From the NCBI GenBank assembly GCA_016218725.1, contig JACRDB010000098.1:7259-71258 (forward strand): a DNA stretch of 64,000 nt. Direction: 5' to 3'. Shown here piece by piece: positions 28,904 to 38,568 of this stretch. The notes below the pieces were generated by a model, which searched no databases, had not been told where the DNA came from, and was given only the letters and a program-made list of their open reading frames with translations. The position numbers and the translations under genes were made by a program. The DNA is from Deltaproteobacteria bacterium. GTDB lineage: Bacteria > Myxococcota_A > Polyangia > Polyangiales > Ga0077539. Position 1 is the stretch's first letter. Each line of letters opens with the position of its first letter.

Positions 28904-30475
28904 ATGCGCGTCCCTCGTGGCTTCTCCGTGCCGCTCGTCCTGGGGGCCTGCCTCGGCGCCCCGGAGCTCCCTCCCCGCCCCGAGGCCCCGGGGTCGCCCT
29001 CGCTGCTCGTCCCCGGCGGAGACCCCGCGAGGATCGCTCGCTTCGCGCGTGTGGGCCTGCGTTTCCGGCGCCCTCTGGGCCCCCTCCCGGAGGACGCCGG
29101 GTGGCTCTTCGCGGGCTCTCCCTCGGCGCGCGGCGCCCGCGACCCCCTCCCGGCGCGCGCCACCCTCGACCCGCGGGACCCCGGCACCCTGTGGGTGCAG
29201 CCCTCCGCGGCGCTGCGCCCGGACCAGGAGGTCACCCTGGTGGTCCCGACGGCGCTGCGCGCGGCCGATGGCGCGCACCTCTCGCCCGAGGACGCTCGGT
29301 CGTGGGCCTTTGCGCTGCGGGTGGCGCCGGCTCGGGCGTGCGGCCCGGTGCTCGCCCTCGCGGCCCCGGAGGCGCCGCTGCCGACGCGCGTCGCGACGCT
29401 GTGGGTGCGCTTCGATCGCCCGGTGTTCTCCAGCGCCCCGGGGCGCGAGCTCTCCGTCGAGGACCCCAGCGGGCTCCCGCTCCGGACGCGCTCGGGCCTC
29501 GACTGCGAGGACCCCGAGGGGGGCTCCCGCTGCGGCTGGGTGCAGCTCCTCGCGGCCCCCGCCGAGGGTGTCTCCTGGCGGGTGACCGCCCCGAGGCTCC
29601 ACTCGCGCCGCGGGGTGCCCGCCGAGGAAGCCCCCCGGAGCTTCACCGTAGACCGCGCCCAGAGGCCGACCCTTCCAGCGTTTGCGACGCCCGTGGTGTG
29701 CGCCCCGGAGGAGCGCGCCGCGGGCGGGGCATGTGTGCTCTCCCAGGGCCGGTGGCTCGTGGTGCGCGCCGCCACGGACGTCCCTTCCGTGCTCCGCGGG
29801 GAGCTCACCGCGGGCGTGTCCGTGGGCGTGGCCCTGAGCGGCCCGTCGCGGGAGCACACGCTCCGGCTCCCGGTGCCCTCGCCCGGCGCCGTCCACGCCC
29901 TGCGGATGGTGGTGTATGGCTCCGACGGAGCGCGCAGCGCCGAGCGGGTGCTGTGGCCCCTCGAGACTACCCTGGCCCGGCCTCGGGTGCGCGTCTCCGA
30001 GGTTCTCTCCAGGCCCCTCGGAGAGAGCGCCCAGGAGTACGTGGAGCTCTTCAACGCCGAGGCGAGACCCGCCTGGGTGGGGGGCTACCTCCTGCGCACC
30101 GGGAGCGGCGCCTCGGAGCTCCCCCGCGAGGCCGTGATCCCCGCGAGGGGCCGCGCCCTGGTGGTAGGTCCCGCGTTCGATCCGAGGGGCTCGCCCCGGC
30201 GAGGGGACCCTCCCGTGGAGCCCGGCGCCGTGGTGTGGCGCCTCGGGGCCACCCTCGCCTCGCAGGGATTGCGAGACAGCGGCGCCGATTTGTGGCTCAC
30301 GGACCCACAGGGTGTGACGGTGTCGTTCTTCCCGGGGGGTGACCCTGCGCTCGCCCCGAGGGCTGGCGTGGGGCTTGTGCGGGCGGAGCCGGACCTGGAG
30401 GAGGGTGACCCCGCGGCGTGGGCCTACGACGAGGCCGGGGGCAGTACGCCGGGCGGGGCCGACAGGTTACGCTGA
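28904..30475 (+). CDS. Lipoprotein with Ig-like domains and a C-terminal lamin-tail domain
   Basis: Lipobox LGAC. VRVSEVLSRP...QEYVELFN...STPG lamin-tail signature. Confidence 0.8.
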   Translation: MRVPRGFSVPLVLGACLGAPELPPRPEAPGSPSLLVPGGDPARIARFARVGLRFRRPLGPLPEDAGWLFAGSPSARGARDPLPARATLDPRDPGTLWVQPSAALRPDQEVTLVVPTALRAADGAHLSPEDARSWAFALRVAPARACGPVLALAAPEAPLPTRVATLWVRFDRPVFSSAPGRELSVEDPSGLPLRTRSGLDCEDPEGGSRCGWVQLLAAPAEGVSWRVTAPRLHSRRGVPAEEAPRSFTVDRAQRPTLPAFATPVVCAPEERAAGGACVLSQGRWLVVRAATDVPSVLRGELTAGVSVGVALSGPSREHTLRLPVPSPGAVHALRMVVYGSDGARSAERVLWPLETTLARPRVRVSEVLSRPLGESAQEYVELFNAEARPAWVGGYLLRTGSGASELPREAVIPARGRALVVGPAFDPRGSPRRGDPPVEPGAVVWRLGATLASQGLRDSGADLWLTDPQGVTVSFFPGGDPALAPRAGVGLVRAEPDLEEGDPAAWAYDEAGGSTPGGADRLR

Positions 30476-30492
30476 GCGGTGCGCGCGCGGGT

Positions 30493-30753
30493 TCAGATGT
30501 TCTCCGCGGCCTTGAAGAGCTCGCTCACGAAGTTCTCCCGGATGCGCAGGAGCGAGATGGACGCTCCGCGGCGGCGGACAAAGCCCCTCACGCCGTCGGG
30601 CACGATGAGCTGGCCCTGCACCAGCTCGTCGGTGAAGCTCACCTCCTGGGAGGGGTTCGGCGCGGCCGAGGGCGCGCGTCCCACCTCCTGGGCGAAGGCG
30701 CTGGTGCTCATGCTGAGGAGGGCTACGAGGACGAGGCCGATGCGTCGGGTCAT
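30493..30753 (-). CDS. cglF: Adventurous gliding motility protein CglF/GltF-like
   Basis: ATG30753, signal peptide (AFA-Q), FTDELVQGQLIVPDG...SLLRIRENFVSELFKAAENI resembling the CglF pattern FxDDxIEGxLxxPDG...LIRIRExF. Confidence 0.75.
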   Translation of the reverse strand: MTRRIGLVLVALLSMSTSAFAQEVGRAPSAAPNPSQEVSFTDELVQGQLIVPDGVRGFVRRRGASISLLRIRENFVSELFKAAENI

Positions 30754-30850
30754 GGGGGTGATCCTTGCGGAGGGTGGTGGCTCTCTCCGACGGGGCACCC
30801 CGCGAGAAGTTCTCTCCGACGGCGTTTTGCGCTTCGGGTACCCTTGTGGG

Positions 30851-31684
30851 GTGATGGACGCATTCCCTGGCAGGGACCTTGGGAGGGTGGCGCTGGCGGT
30901 GCTGGTCCCGCTGGGGGCGCTGGCCCTGGTCGCGCCGTATGTGCCGCTCCCGCGGCCTCCGGCGCAGGGGGAGGTGTCGGCCCTCGCGGCGGCGCTGGCC
31001 TTCGGGATCACGGCGGGGGCGCTCCTCCTGGCGGCGTACCTGGTCCCCGCGGCGTGGCTGGGGCGCGCGCGCAACGGCGCGCTGGTGGTGGGCGCGGGGC
31101 TCGCGCTCGCGGCGCTGTCCAGGGTCGTGCCGCCGGCGGCGTCGGGGCTCCTCGGGTCCCTCGCGGTGGTGCTGGTGGCCTCGGTGCCGGGGGCCGCGGT
31201 GGGCGAGCGCATCGCGCACCCGGGGCACCTCCTGGCCGTGGCGCTCACGTCCACCGCGGTGGACCTCTGGAGCGTCTACGCGCCGCGGGGCGTGACCCAC
31301 GCCGTGGTGCAGCAGCCCGTGCTCCTGGAGCTCCTCACGCTCCGCGCGGCCATCCCCCCGGAGCGCGCCCCGTCGCCCATGATCGGTTTCGGGGACGTGG
31401 TCTTCGCGGTCTTGTACCTCTCGGTCTCGCGGCGCTTCGGGCTCGGGCTCCGGCGCACCACCGCGGCGCTTGGCGCGGGGCTCCTGGCGGCGGGCGTGGC
31501 GGCGATGACCCTCGGGCTCCCGGGGGGCGTGCCCGCGCTGCCGTTCCTGGGCTTCGCCGTGGTGCTCGCGCACCGGGAGGCCCGGAGCGTGCCGCCCGGG
31601 GACCGCAGGACCACGCTCCTGGCCGCGGCCCTGGTGGTGGCCGCGGTGGCGCGCGTCGCGTGGCTCTTCCGCCACGGGTGGTGA
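30851..31684 (+). CDS. Presenilin/signal-peptide-peptidase-like GxGD intramembrane aspartic protease
   Basis: Multi-TM. VDLWSV, IGFGDVVF, VPALPF in the A22-family order. Confidence 0.7.
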   Translation: MMDAFPGRDLGRVALAVLVPLGALALVAPYVPLPRPPAQGEVSALAAALAFGITAGALLLAAYLVPAAWLGRARNGALVVGAGLALAALSRVVPPAASGLLGSLAVVLVASVPGAAVGERIAHPGHLLAVALTSTAVDLWSVYAPRGVTHAVVQQPVLLELLTLRAAIPPERAPSPMIGFGDVVFAVLYLSVSRRFGLGLRRTTAALGAGLLAAGVAAMTLGLPGGVPALPFLGFAVVLAHREARSVPPGDRRTTLLAAALVVAAVARVAWLFRHGW

Positions 31685-31692
31685 GGCCCCCC

Positions 31693-33879
31693 TCAGCGGT
31701 CCCAGCGCAGGCCCAGGAGCACCTGGCCGAAGCCCCCGGGGAAGATCCCCTCGGGGGAGCGCGAGGCGATGTACACCCTCGGGCGACCCTGGTCGGTGAA
31801 GTACCCCTGGAGGTTCTTCACCGTGAGGCTCACGCCCAGGCCCGAGCGGCGGTGCGTGTAGCGCGCGGCGAGGTCGAGCGTATGGTACGCGGGGATCGGG
31901 CCGAAGAGCCCGTCGGCGCTGCCCACGGTGGAGTTCTCCCGGTCGGAGAAGTGCGCGCTGGCGAAGAACCACGTGGCCTGGGCGCTCCAGCCCGAGGGGT
32001 GCTCCACCCCCGCGGTGAGGGCCAGCGTGTGGGGCACCGCGTAGGGGACCATGCGCCCGTGGAACTCCCCGCCCCGGAAGCGCGCGTCCACCAGGGTGTA
32101 GCGCGCGCCCAGGAGCACGTTGGTGGGTGCGCGCAGGAGCCTCCCGAGCTCCACCTGGGCGCTGGCCTCGACGCCCGTGTGCAGGCTCCGCCCGCCGTTC
32201 TCGAACTCGCTCTCCTGGCCCGAGACGGTCACGATCTCGTTCTGGAAGTCCAGGAGGAAGGCCGTGGCCTCGGCCCGGAGCCAGGAGCCTTCGGTCCAGC
32301 GCGCGCCGGCCTCGTAGTTGAGCGAGCGCTCGGCGTCCAGGCCCCGGTCGCGCCCGGTGGCGGTGATCGCCGCGGCGATCCGGGGCGGGGCGTAGCCCAC
32401 GTGCATCCCGCCGAAGAGCGTCAGCCGCGGGGACGACCACGCCAGGCTCACCCCGGGGATCACGTCCACGCTGCGCCCGGAGCCCTCGCGGAACACATCC
32501 ACGCCCGCGTCCCGGCGGATGGTGCGGGTGAAGAAATAGCTCTCCAGCCGTACCCCCGGCGTGAGCTGCACGCGCTCGGACAGGTGCAGCCGGTCCTGGA
32601 GGTACGCCGCGAAGGCCGTGCCCCGCCGGACCTCGTCGCTGGCCAGGGCCCCGGCCCTCGCGGTGGCCCCGTCGCCCAGGAGCACCTGGAGCGCGGCGCT
32701 CTCGCCCAGGACGCGGGCCCCGAGGTCGAGCTCGTGGCGCAGGCCCGCCGTGCGCAGGCGCCCCCGGAGCCGGGGCTCCACGCCCCAGACCTCGTAGCCC
32801 CGGTCGTTGGAGAGGGATGCGTCCCGGAGGTAGATCGCCCCGCGGCGGGTGCCCTGGTCCCCGACGATGCGCTCGTAGAGGAGCCCCGGCACGGGCTCGC
32901 GGTCGTAGCGCTGGCGGTCCCAGTCGCGCTGCGTGGCGTACGCGTACACCAGCGTCTGGAGCTGCCAGGCCTCGCTCGGGCGCCACGTATGGATGAGCCC
33001 CACGCTGTAGCGCCGCACCCGAAAGAACTCGTACGGCACCGGGTTCTGCGTGGGGTCCCGCTGGAACATGGACTCCGTCAGCCCGAGGTACGTGGACAGG
33101 CTCCCTTCGTTGTAGAGCCCGAGGCGCAGGAGGAGCTCGCTCCTGGCGCTGGTGCGCAGGGACACCTTGCCGAAGAGGTCCGTGACCTCGAAGTTCATCC
33201 CCCGGAAGCCGTCTCCCTGGCGCCGCAGCGCGCTCACCAGGAAGCCTGCGCCCCCGATGCGGTTGCCCGCGGTCACCTGGCCCAGGAGCAGCCCCCGGTC
33301 GCCCACGGCGCCCCGCACGGTCCAGGTGGGCCCCGCGGGGATCGCCGGGGTCACATAATTGATCACCCCGCCGATGGTCTGAGGCCCGAAGAGAATCCCC
33401 CCGGAGCCCCGCACCACCTCCAGCCGCCCCATGCGGTCAATGGGCGGGTTGTAGTACATCTCCGGCTCGCTGTAGGGCGCCAGCGAGATCGGGATCCCGT
33501 CCTCCAGCAGCAACACCCGGCGGCTGCGCGTGGGGTCCAGGCCCCGCACGGAGATGTTCGGCCGCAGCCCCATGCCCTCTTCGTCCCGCGCGTACACCCC
33601 GGGCACCCGCCGGAGCGCCTCGTTGGCCGTCATGGGCTGCGTGCGCTGGAGCTCCCTCTCGGTCACCACCGTCGTCGCCCCGGGCACCCGCTCCAACGAG
33701 CGCGACGAGGACCCCACCACCCGCACCTCCGCCACGGGCTCCTCGCCCTCCCCGGGAGGCGCGGGCGTCGCCGCAGGGGCCCTTGGCGCCACAGGAGGCG
33801 TCGGCTGCCCCAACGATCGTGTAGGGAAAAGTCCTACCCCAAGGGAAGCTGTGAAAGCGATCCTGAGAATGATTCGCAT
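31693..33879 (-). CDS. TonB-dependent receptor, FecA-like
   Basis: Plug motifs LRRVPGV, RPNISVRGLDPTRS, LLLEDGIP...APY, EVVRG..LFGPQTIGGVINY, followed by a C-terminal barrel. Confidence 0.92.
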   Translation of the reverse strand: MRIILRIAFTASLGVGLFPTRSLGQPTPPVAPRAPAATPAPPGEGEEPVAEVRVVGSSSRSLERVPGATTVVTERELQRTQPMTANEALRRVPGVYARDEEGMGLRPNISVRGLDPTRSRRVLLLEDGIPISLAPYSEPEMYYNPPIDRMGRLEVVRGSGGILFGPQTIGGVINYVTPAIPAGPTWTVRGAVGDRGLLLGQVTAGNRIGGAGFLVSALRRQGDGFRGMNFEVTDLFGKVSLRTSARSELLLRLGLYNEGSLSTYLGLTESMFQRDPTQNPVPYEFFRVRRYSVGLIHTWRPSEAWQLQTLVYAYATQRDWDRQRYDREPVPGLLYERIVGDQGTRRGAIYLRDASLSNDRGYEVWGVEPRLRGRLRTAGLRHELDLGARVLGESAALQVLLGDGATARAGALASDEVRRGTAFAAYLQDRLHLSERVQLTPGVRLESYFFTRTIRRDAGVDVFREGSGRSVDVIPGVSLAWSSPRLTLFGGMHVGYAPPRIAAAITATGRDRGLDAERSLNYEAGARWTEGSWLRAEATAFLLDFQNEIVTVSGQESEFENGGRSLHTGVEASAQVELGRLLRAPTNVLLGARYTLVDARFRGGEFHGRMVPYAVPHTLALTAGVEHPSGWSAQATWFFASAHFSDRENSTVGSADGLFGPIPAYHTLDLAARYTHRRSGLGVSLTVKNLQGYFTDQGRPRVYIASRSPEGIFPGGFGQVLLGLRWDR

Positions 33880-33938
33880 GATCGCTCAGGGACATAGCGC
33901 CTGGGATGGGCAGAGGTCAACAGGTGGGGGGGTCCGAC

Positions 33939-33967
33939 TTGACAACGCCGGGGCCCGATGGGACACC
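33939..33967 (+). promoter_or_regulatory. Putative promoter of tRNA-Cys
   Basis: Perfect TTGACA-N17-GACACC, 13 nt before the tRNA. Confidence 0.55.
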
Positions 33968-33980
33968 AGCGATCCCTTCT

Positions 33981-34052
33981 GGTGCGGTAGCCAAGTGGCC
34001 AGGCAACGGTTTGCAAAACCGTGATACGTGGGTTCAAATCCCATCCGCACCT
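33981..34052 (+). tRNA. tRNA-Cys (GCA), CCA not encoded
   Basis: Acceptor GGTGCGG/CCGCACC with U discriminator, anticodon arm ACGGT-TTGCAAA-ACCGT, T-arm GTGGG-TTCAAAT-CCCAT. Confidence 0.96.
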
Positions 34053-34106
34053 CTGACCCCCTATCACCCCCTCCGTGAGTCCCTGACGCGCGCGCTCCAG
34101 GGGGGA

Positions 34107-37028
34107 GTGGTCCTGGGAGCCCTTGGCGGACTGGGCGGGGCCCTCGCGGACTACGCCAGCACGGTGTTGTGGCTGGTCCCGGGCCCCGATCGCGGGCGCC
34201 TGGCCTTCGCGCTCCTGGGCCTGGGCGCCGGCTGTGGAGCCGTCCTGGGCGCCCTGGGGAGCGCGCTCGACGCGCTCCTGGGGAGGCGTCTCCGAGACCC
34301 CTGGAGGGCCCTGGCGCTGGTGGCGCCGCCCCTCCTCCCGGTGGCTCACTGGCTCTTCCAGGGCGGCTTCATGCGGAGGCTCCCCGCCCAGGGCGCGCTC
34401 CAGGCGCTCACCTGGGCGCTCCTGGTGGGGGTGGCCACCGCCGCGGTGGTCCTGGCCAGGAGGGCGGCTCCGCGCGTCGATCGCGCCTCCGGGCGCGTCC
34501 GGGGGGCGGTGGCCCTCGCGCTGGGGGCCTTGGGGTGGAGCCTCCACGGGCTCGACCACCGGGTGCTCCCGAGGCTCTACGAGTACCTCCACGTGGGCCT
34601 CGGTGCGCTCACGGGCTTGAGCTTCGCCGCCGCCCTCGCGCTCGCCCTCCCTCGGTGGGCGCGAGGGCGCCGCGGGGCGCTGGCGCTGGCCGCGGTGAGC
34701 GCGCCGTGGGCGGTGGTGAGCTTTGGGGCGCTGGAGCGCTGGCCCAACGTGAGGGCCGAGCTCTTCGGGGTCCACGCGCCCTTTGTCCGCCACGTCGTGG
34801 TGGGCCTGGCGGCGCTGTCGGGCCCCGCGCGGGTGGACCCCGAGGCGCTCCGGAGGGCGCGCCTGGCGCGCGCGCCCTCTCCGCGGGACCCCTCGGGGCT
34901 GCCTTCGAGCCCCGACGCCCACGTCCTGCTGGTCACCGTGGACGCGCTCCGGGCGGACCGCGTCGGGCGGAGCGTGGCGGGGCGCTCGCTCACGCCCACC
35001 CTCGACGCGCTGGTGCGCCAGGGGGTGTGGTTCCAGCGGGCGTACGCCCAGGCGCCGCACTCCAGCTACTCGCTCACGTCCCTACACACCGGCGAGTACC
35101 TCCACGAGACGGTCCCCCTCGGGCAGCCCCAGCCGCTGGAGACCCTCGCCGAGGCCCTGCGCGCCCAGGGCTTCCACGCCGCGGCGTTCTACACCCACGG
35201 GGTGTTCTTCACCGAGGCCGAGAGGCTCCAGGCGTACCGCGCCCGGGACCTCGGGTTCCCTCGGGCGGACCACGTGGACCGCGACGCCGACGCCCTGACC
35301 CGCGCCGCCTGCGACGAGCTCGACGACGTGGTCCGCCGCGGCGAGCCTCGGACCTTCCTCTGGGTGCACTACTTCGACGCCCACGCCCCGTACCAGGGCG
35401 CCGGGGACGGCCCCGAGGCCCGCTATGACAGCGCCGTCGCGCGGGTGGACCGCGCCCTGGGGGCGCTCCTGGCCCACGCCCGCGGGGTGCTCTCCCGCCC
35501 TCTGGTGCTCGCCGTCACCGCGGACCACGGCGAGGAGTTCGGCGAGCACGGCGGCGTCTACCACGGCTCCGCCCTCTACGATGAGCAGGTGCGCGTCCCC
35601 CTGGTGCTGGTGGCCCCGGGGCTCGGGCCGGGGGTGGTCCCCGAGCCCGTGGAGCTCCTGGACCTGGCCCCGACGCTCGCGGCCCTCGCGGGCGCGCGGG
35701 CGCCTGCGGGCGCGCGCGGGCGGGACCTGCGCCCGAGGCTCTCGGCGCCCTCGGCGGAGACCCCGGTGTTCTCCGCGGTGAACACCCGACGGATGGTGGT
35801 CCTCGGGGGCTGGAAGTACCTCACCGACACTGCCTGGCCCGTGGAGGAGCTCTACGACCTCGGGCGCGACCCGGGCGAGCGCAGGAACCTCGCCGGGGCG
35901 GAGCCCTCGCGCCGCCAGGCCCTCCGCGCGGAGCTCGCCCTCTGGGTGGACACCCTGGCCCGCTCCCGGGGTGGCAACCCCGCCCTCGCCAGGGCGCGCC
36001 TCGGCGAGAGGGGCGCGCTCCCGGCCCTCGTCGCGCTCGCCCTGGACCCCTCTGGGGCCACCGAGGAGCGCGCGGAGGCCGTGGCTCTGGCGGCGTCCTT
36101 CGGGCCTTCATCGGACCTGTCCGCCCTCCGTCCGTTGTTGCTTGAACCGTCGGGAACGCTTGCAGAGGAAGCCGCCCTGGCGCTCGGTCAGGCCCGGGAC
36201 CGCGGGGCCCTCCCGCGCCTCCTGGACCTCGCCGTGGACGAGCGGCCCTCGGTCCGCCGCCGCGCGGCCCTCGCCCTGGCGGCGCTGGGTGACCCGAGGG
36301 CCCTCCCGGGGCTCTCCGAGGCCCTCCACGCGACGGACGAAGGCGAGGCCCTCGGGGCCCTCCGGGCGCTGGGGTCCCTCGGGGTCCCGGAGGCGCTGGA
36401 GCCCCTCCTCGGGGCGCTCCCGGACGACCACCTTCGGTACCGCGCCGCGCTGGTCCTGGGGGAACTGCGGGACCCGAGGGCCTATGGAACGCTCCTCGCC
36501 CTGGCCCGGAGCGATCCCACGGACGACGTGAGGGCCAACGCCGTGGCGGCCCTCGGGGCCCTCGGGGATCGCCGGGCGGTGCCCTTCCTCCTCGGGACGC
36601 TCTCGGTGTCCCGGGCCGAGCGCTACGCGGCCGAGGCCCTCGGGGCCCTCGGGGCGGTGGGCGCCGAGGTCGAGGGCTTCGACGCGCGCGCGCGCGGGTG
36701 TGAGGTGCACACGGACACCCTGGGCTGGCGCTACCTGGGCGCGCGCAGCTGCCGCTCCGAGGGGCCGTCGCTCGGCGTACCGGTGCGCCTCCACGGCGGG
36801 GGTCCGAGGCTCCTGGTGCTGCGTCTGCGCCGGGGTGAAGACGGCCCGGCGGTGCCGGTGTCCGTGCGTCTGGGAGACCGGGAGGTGGCCCGGGTGAGCG
36901 CGACCACCGCGTGGGAGGAGCCGCGGGTGCAGCTCCCGGAGGTGCCCGTGGGTGAGGCCCTCCTCACGCTGCGCGCGGAGGACCCTGCCTCTACGCTACG
37001 GCTGTGCCACGCGGTGTTTGTGCGGTGA
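34107..37028 (+). CDS. Membrane-anchored sulfatase/alkaline-phosphatase-superfamily hydrolase-transferase with C-terminal HEAT repeats
   Basis: N-terminal TMs, LVTVDALRAD, WVHYFDAHAPY, TADHGEEFGEHG, ELYDL..DPGE, then HEAT repeats. Start is approximate (the listed start overlaps the tRNA). Confidence 0.85.
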   Translation: MVLGALGGLGGALADYASTVLWLVPGPDRGRLAFALLGLGAGCGAVLGALGSALDALLGRRLRDPWRALALVAPPLLPVAHWLFQGGFMRRLPAQGALQALTWALLVGVATAAVVLARRAAPRVDRASGRVRGAVALALGALGWSLHGLDHRVLPRLYEYLHVGLGALTGLSFAAALALALPRWARGRRGALALAAVSAPWAVVSFGALERWPNVRAELFGVHAPFVRHVVVGLAALSGPARVDPEALRRARLARAPSPRDPSGLPSSPDAHVLLVTVDALRADRVGRSVAGRSLTPTLDALVRQGVWFQRAYAQAPHSSYSLTSLHTGEYLHETVPLGQPQPLETLAEALRAQGFHAAAFYTHGVFFTEAERLQAYRARDLGFPRADHVDRDADALTRAACDELDDVVRRGEPRTFLWVHYFDAHAPYQGAGDGPEARYDSAVARVDRALGALLAHARGVLSRPLVLAVTADHGEEFGEHGGVYHGSALYDEQVRVPLVLVAPGLGPGVVPEPVELLDLAPTLAALAGARAPAGARGRDLRPRLSAPSAETPVFSAVNTRRMVVLGGWKYLTDTAWPVEELYDLGRDPGERRNLAGAEPSRRQALRAELALWVDTLARSRGGNPALARARLGERGALPALVALALDPSGATEERAEAVALAASFGPSSDLSALRPLLLEPSGTLAEEAALALGQARDRGALPRLLDLAVDERPSVRRRAALALAALGDPRALPGLSEALHATDEGEALGALRALGSLGVPEALEPLLGALPDDHLRYRAALVLGELRDPRAYGTLLALARSDPTDDVRANAVAALGALGDRRAVPFLLGTLSVSRAERYAAEALGALGAVGAEVEGFDARARGCEVHTDTLGWRYLGARSCRSEGPSLGVPVRLHGGGPRLLVLRLRRGEDGPAVPVSVRLGDREVARVSATTAWEEPRVQLPEVPVGEALLTLRAEDPASTLRLCHAVFVR

Positions 37029-37031
37029 GCG

Positions 37032-37967
37032 CTACGGCGTGCCCCAGGCGGGCCGGTCGCCGTAGGTGCTCCAGCCCGCGGGGGGGCTGTAGGTGGTGAC
37101 CGTGGGCACCGCGGAGAAGAGCATCCCCAGGGCCGAGGCGAGCATCGGGTCGCCGAGGAAGGCCATGAGCCCGTCCTGGCTGGTCCAGGTGTCCACCGCG
37201 AGGAACTGCGCCGGGTCCGTGGTGGAGAGCCACACCGTGTGGGACACGTCCCCGCCCGCCAGCGCCGAGGCCATGGTGGCCATGACGGCGCCGTTGTGGA
37301 CCATCCGCGCGCTGTCCCCCGGGGACCGCAGCGTGCCGCGGACGAAGAGGTAGATCCGCGTGGCGTTGGTCGCCGGCTGGATGTACGACGTGTAGCCCGT
37401 GCCCTGGCGCCAGACGGTGACCGTGGGCGACGCCGCGAAGAGCCCCCCGAAGGCCGCCACGAACATCGGGTTGCTGACGGTCATGGTCAGGCCGTCCACG
37501 CTGTTCCAGACGTCCATGCCCAGGAACTGCGAGCGGTCCCGCTGGCTGAGGCCCACGTGGTGCGTGAGGTCCCCCGCGGCCATGGCGATGGTGCGGAAGC
37601 TCCCCACCACGTTGTTGTGGACCATCTGCGCGTAGGCGGGGTCAAAGGGAGGGGCCCCGCCGTCCATGGTCCCCGCGTCGGAGCTCCCGGCGTCGCCCGC
37701 GGTGGCGTCGGCGCCGCCGCCGTCACCGGGCGCCGAGGCCCGGAGCCTCCCCTGCACCGTAAGCAGGAAGAGCGGCACGCTGGCGTCCCCGCCGTCCGAC
37801 GGAGCGCCCGTGTCCGTGGGCGTCCCCGTGTCCGCGGCGGTGTCCGTGGGCGCGCCCGTGTCCGTGGACGCGTCCGGGGCGGGGTCACTCCCGCAGCCGA
37901 CGCCAAGGGAGAGGCAGCCCGCGACGAGCGCGCCGCACAGCAAGCGATGTGTGAATCCAGTGTTCAT
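37032..37967 (-). CDS. Lipoprotein with two tandem dimeric alpha/beta-barrel (ABM-like) repeats
   Basis: Lipobox GVGC, DxG linker, duplicated unit (MVHN...AGDxxH..xSxxDxxQFLxxDxWxSxDGL...PTVT). Confidence 0.7.
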   Translation of the reverse strand: MNTGFTHRLLCGALVAGCLSLGVGCGSDPAPDASTDTGAPTDTAADTGTPTDTGAPSDGGDASVPLFLLTVQGRLRASAPGDGGGADATAGDAGSSDAGTMDGGAPPFDPAYAQMVHNNVVGSFRTIAMAAGDLTHHVGLSQRDRSQFLGMDVWNSVDGLTMTVSNPMFVAAFGGLFAASPTVTVWRQGTGYTSYIQPATNATRIYLFVRGTLRSPGDSARMVHNGAVMATMASALAGGDVSHTVWLSTTDPAQFLAVDTWTSQDGLMAFLGDPMLASALGMLFSAVPTVTTYSPPAGWSTYGDRPAWGTP

Positions 37968-38060
37968 GGCGTCCGGTGGTACACCTTTCCCCACCCGGTC
38001 GCTACAACACCGCGCCGATTCCCTCCGCGCACAAAAAGCGCACGGGTGGCCGGATTTCCT

Positions 38061-38495
38061 CTAGCGCACGACGACGGGGCCGTGGTCGTCGCAGTGGGCG
38101 CCGTGGGGGTGGTGCAGGTGGCCGAAGACCAGGTAGTCCGTGTGGTCCCCGTGGGGCACCGCGTCGTGGCCGCAGCCCGCGCCGTGGGTGTGGTTGTCCT
38201 CGTGGGCGCCGCAGGCGTGGTCGGGGGTGCACGCCGCGGGGTTGCTCCCGCCCACCTCCAGGGAGTGGTCGTCCACGTGGCCGTCGTGCGGGTGGTGCAG
38301 GTGCCCGTCGTGGAGGTAGTCCGTGTGGTCCCCGTGCTGGATCGCCCGGTGGCCGCAGCCCGCGCCGTGGGCGTGATCGGCGTGCTCGTGGTGGGCGTGG
38401 TGGCCGTGGTCGTGGTCGCACCCCGGGCCGTGGGCGTGACCGTGGTCGTGGTCGTGGTCGTGACCGCACCCGGGACCGTGGACATGGCTGGACAT
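38061..38495 (-). CDS. Small His/Cys-rich metal-binding protein
   Basis: ATG38495. HGPGCGH repeats and a duplicated HGAGCGHxAxxHGDHTDYLxxGHLHHPH unit. Confidence 0.8.
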   Translation of the reverse strand: MSSHVHGPGCGHDHDHDHGHAHGPGCDHDHGHHAHHEHADHAHGAGCGHRAIQHGDHTDYLHDGHLHHPHDGHVDDHSLEVGGSNPAACTPDHACGAHEDNHTHGAGCGHDAVPHGDHTDYLVFGHLHHPHGAHCDDHGPVVVR

Positions 38496-38568
38496 TGCGA
38501 CAGGCTCCTTGGCGTGCCGGGGGCGGTGGTGCCCCCGACGGTGGACGGGCATGCTACCATTCCCGTCC

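Noticed and set aside
33981-34052. tRNA-Cys as an island integration site
   Set aside because: No integrase nearby, and I saw no duplicate of the tRNA 3' end in the window.
38061-38495. Repetitive gtggtc/gtgg DNA as a non-coding repeat
   Set aside because: Explained by His-Asp codons of the His-rich protein on the minus strand.
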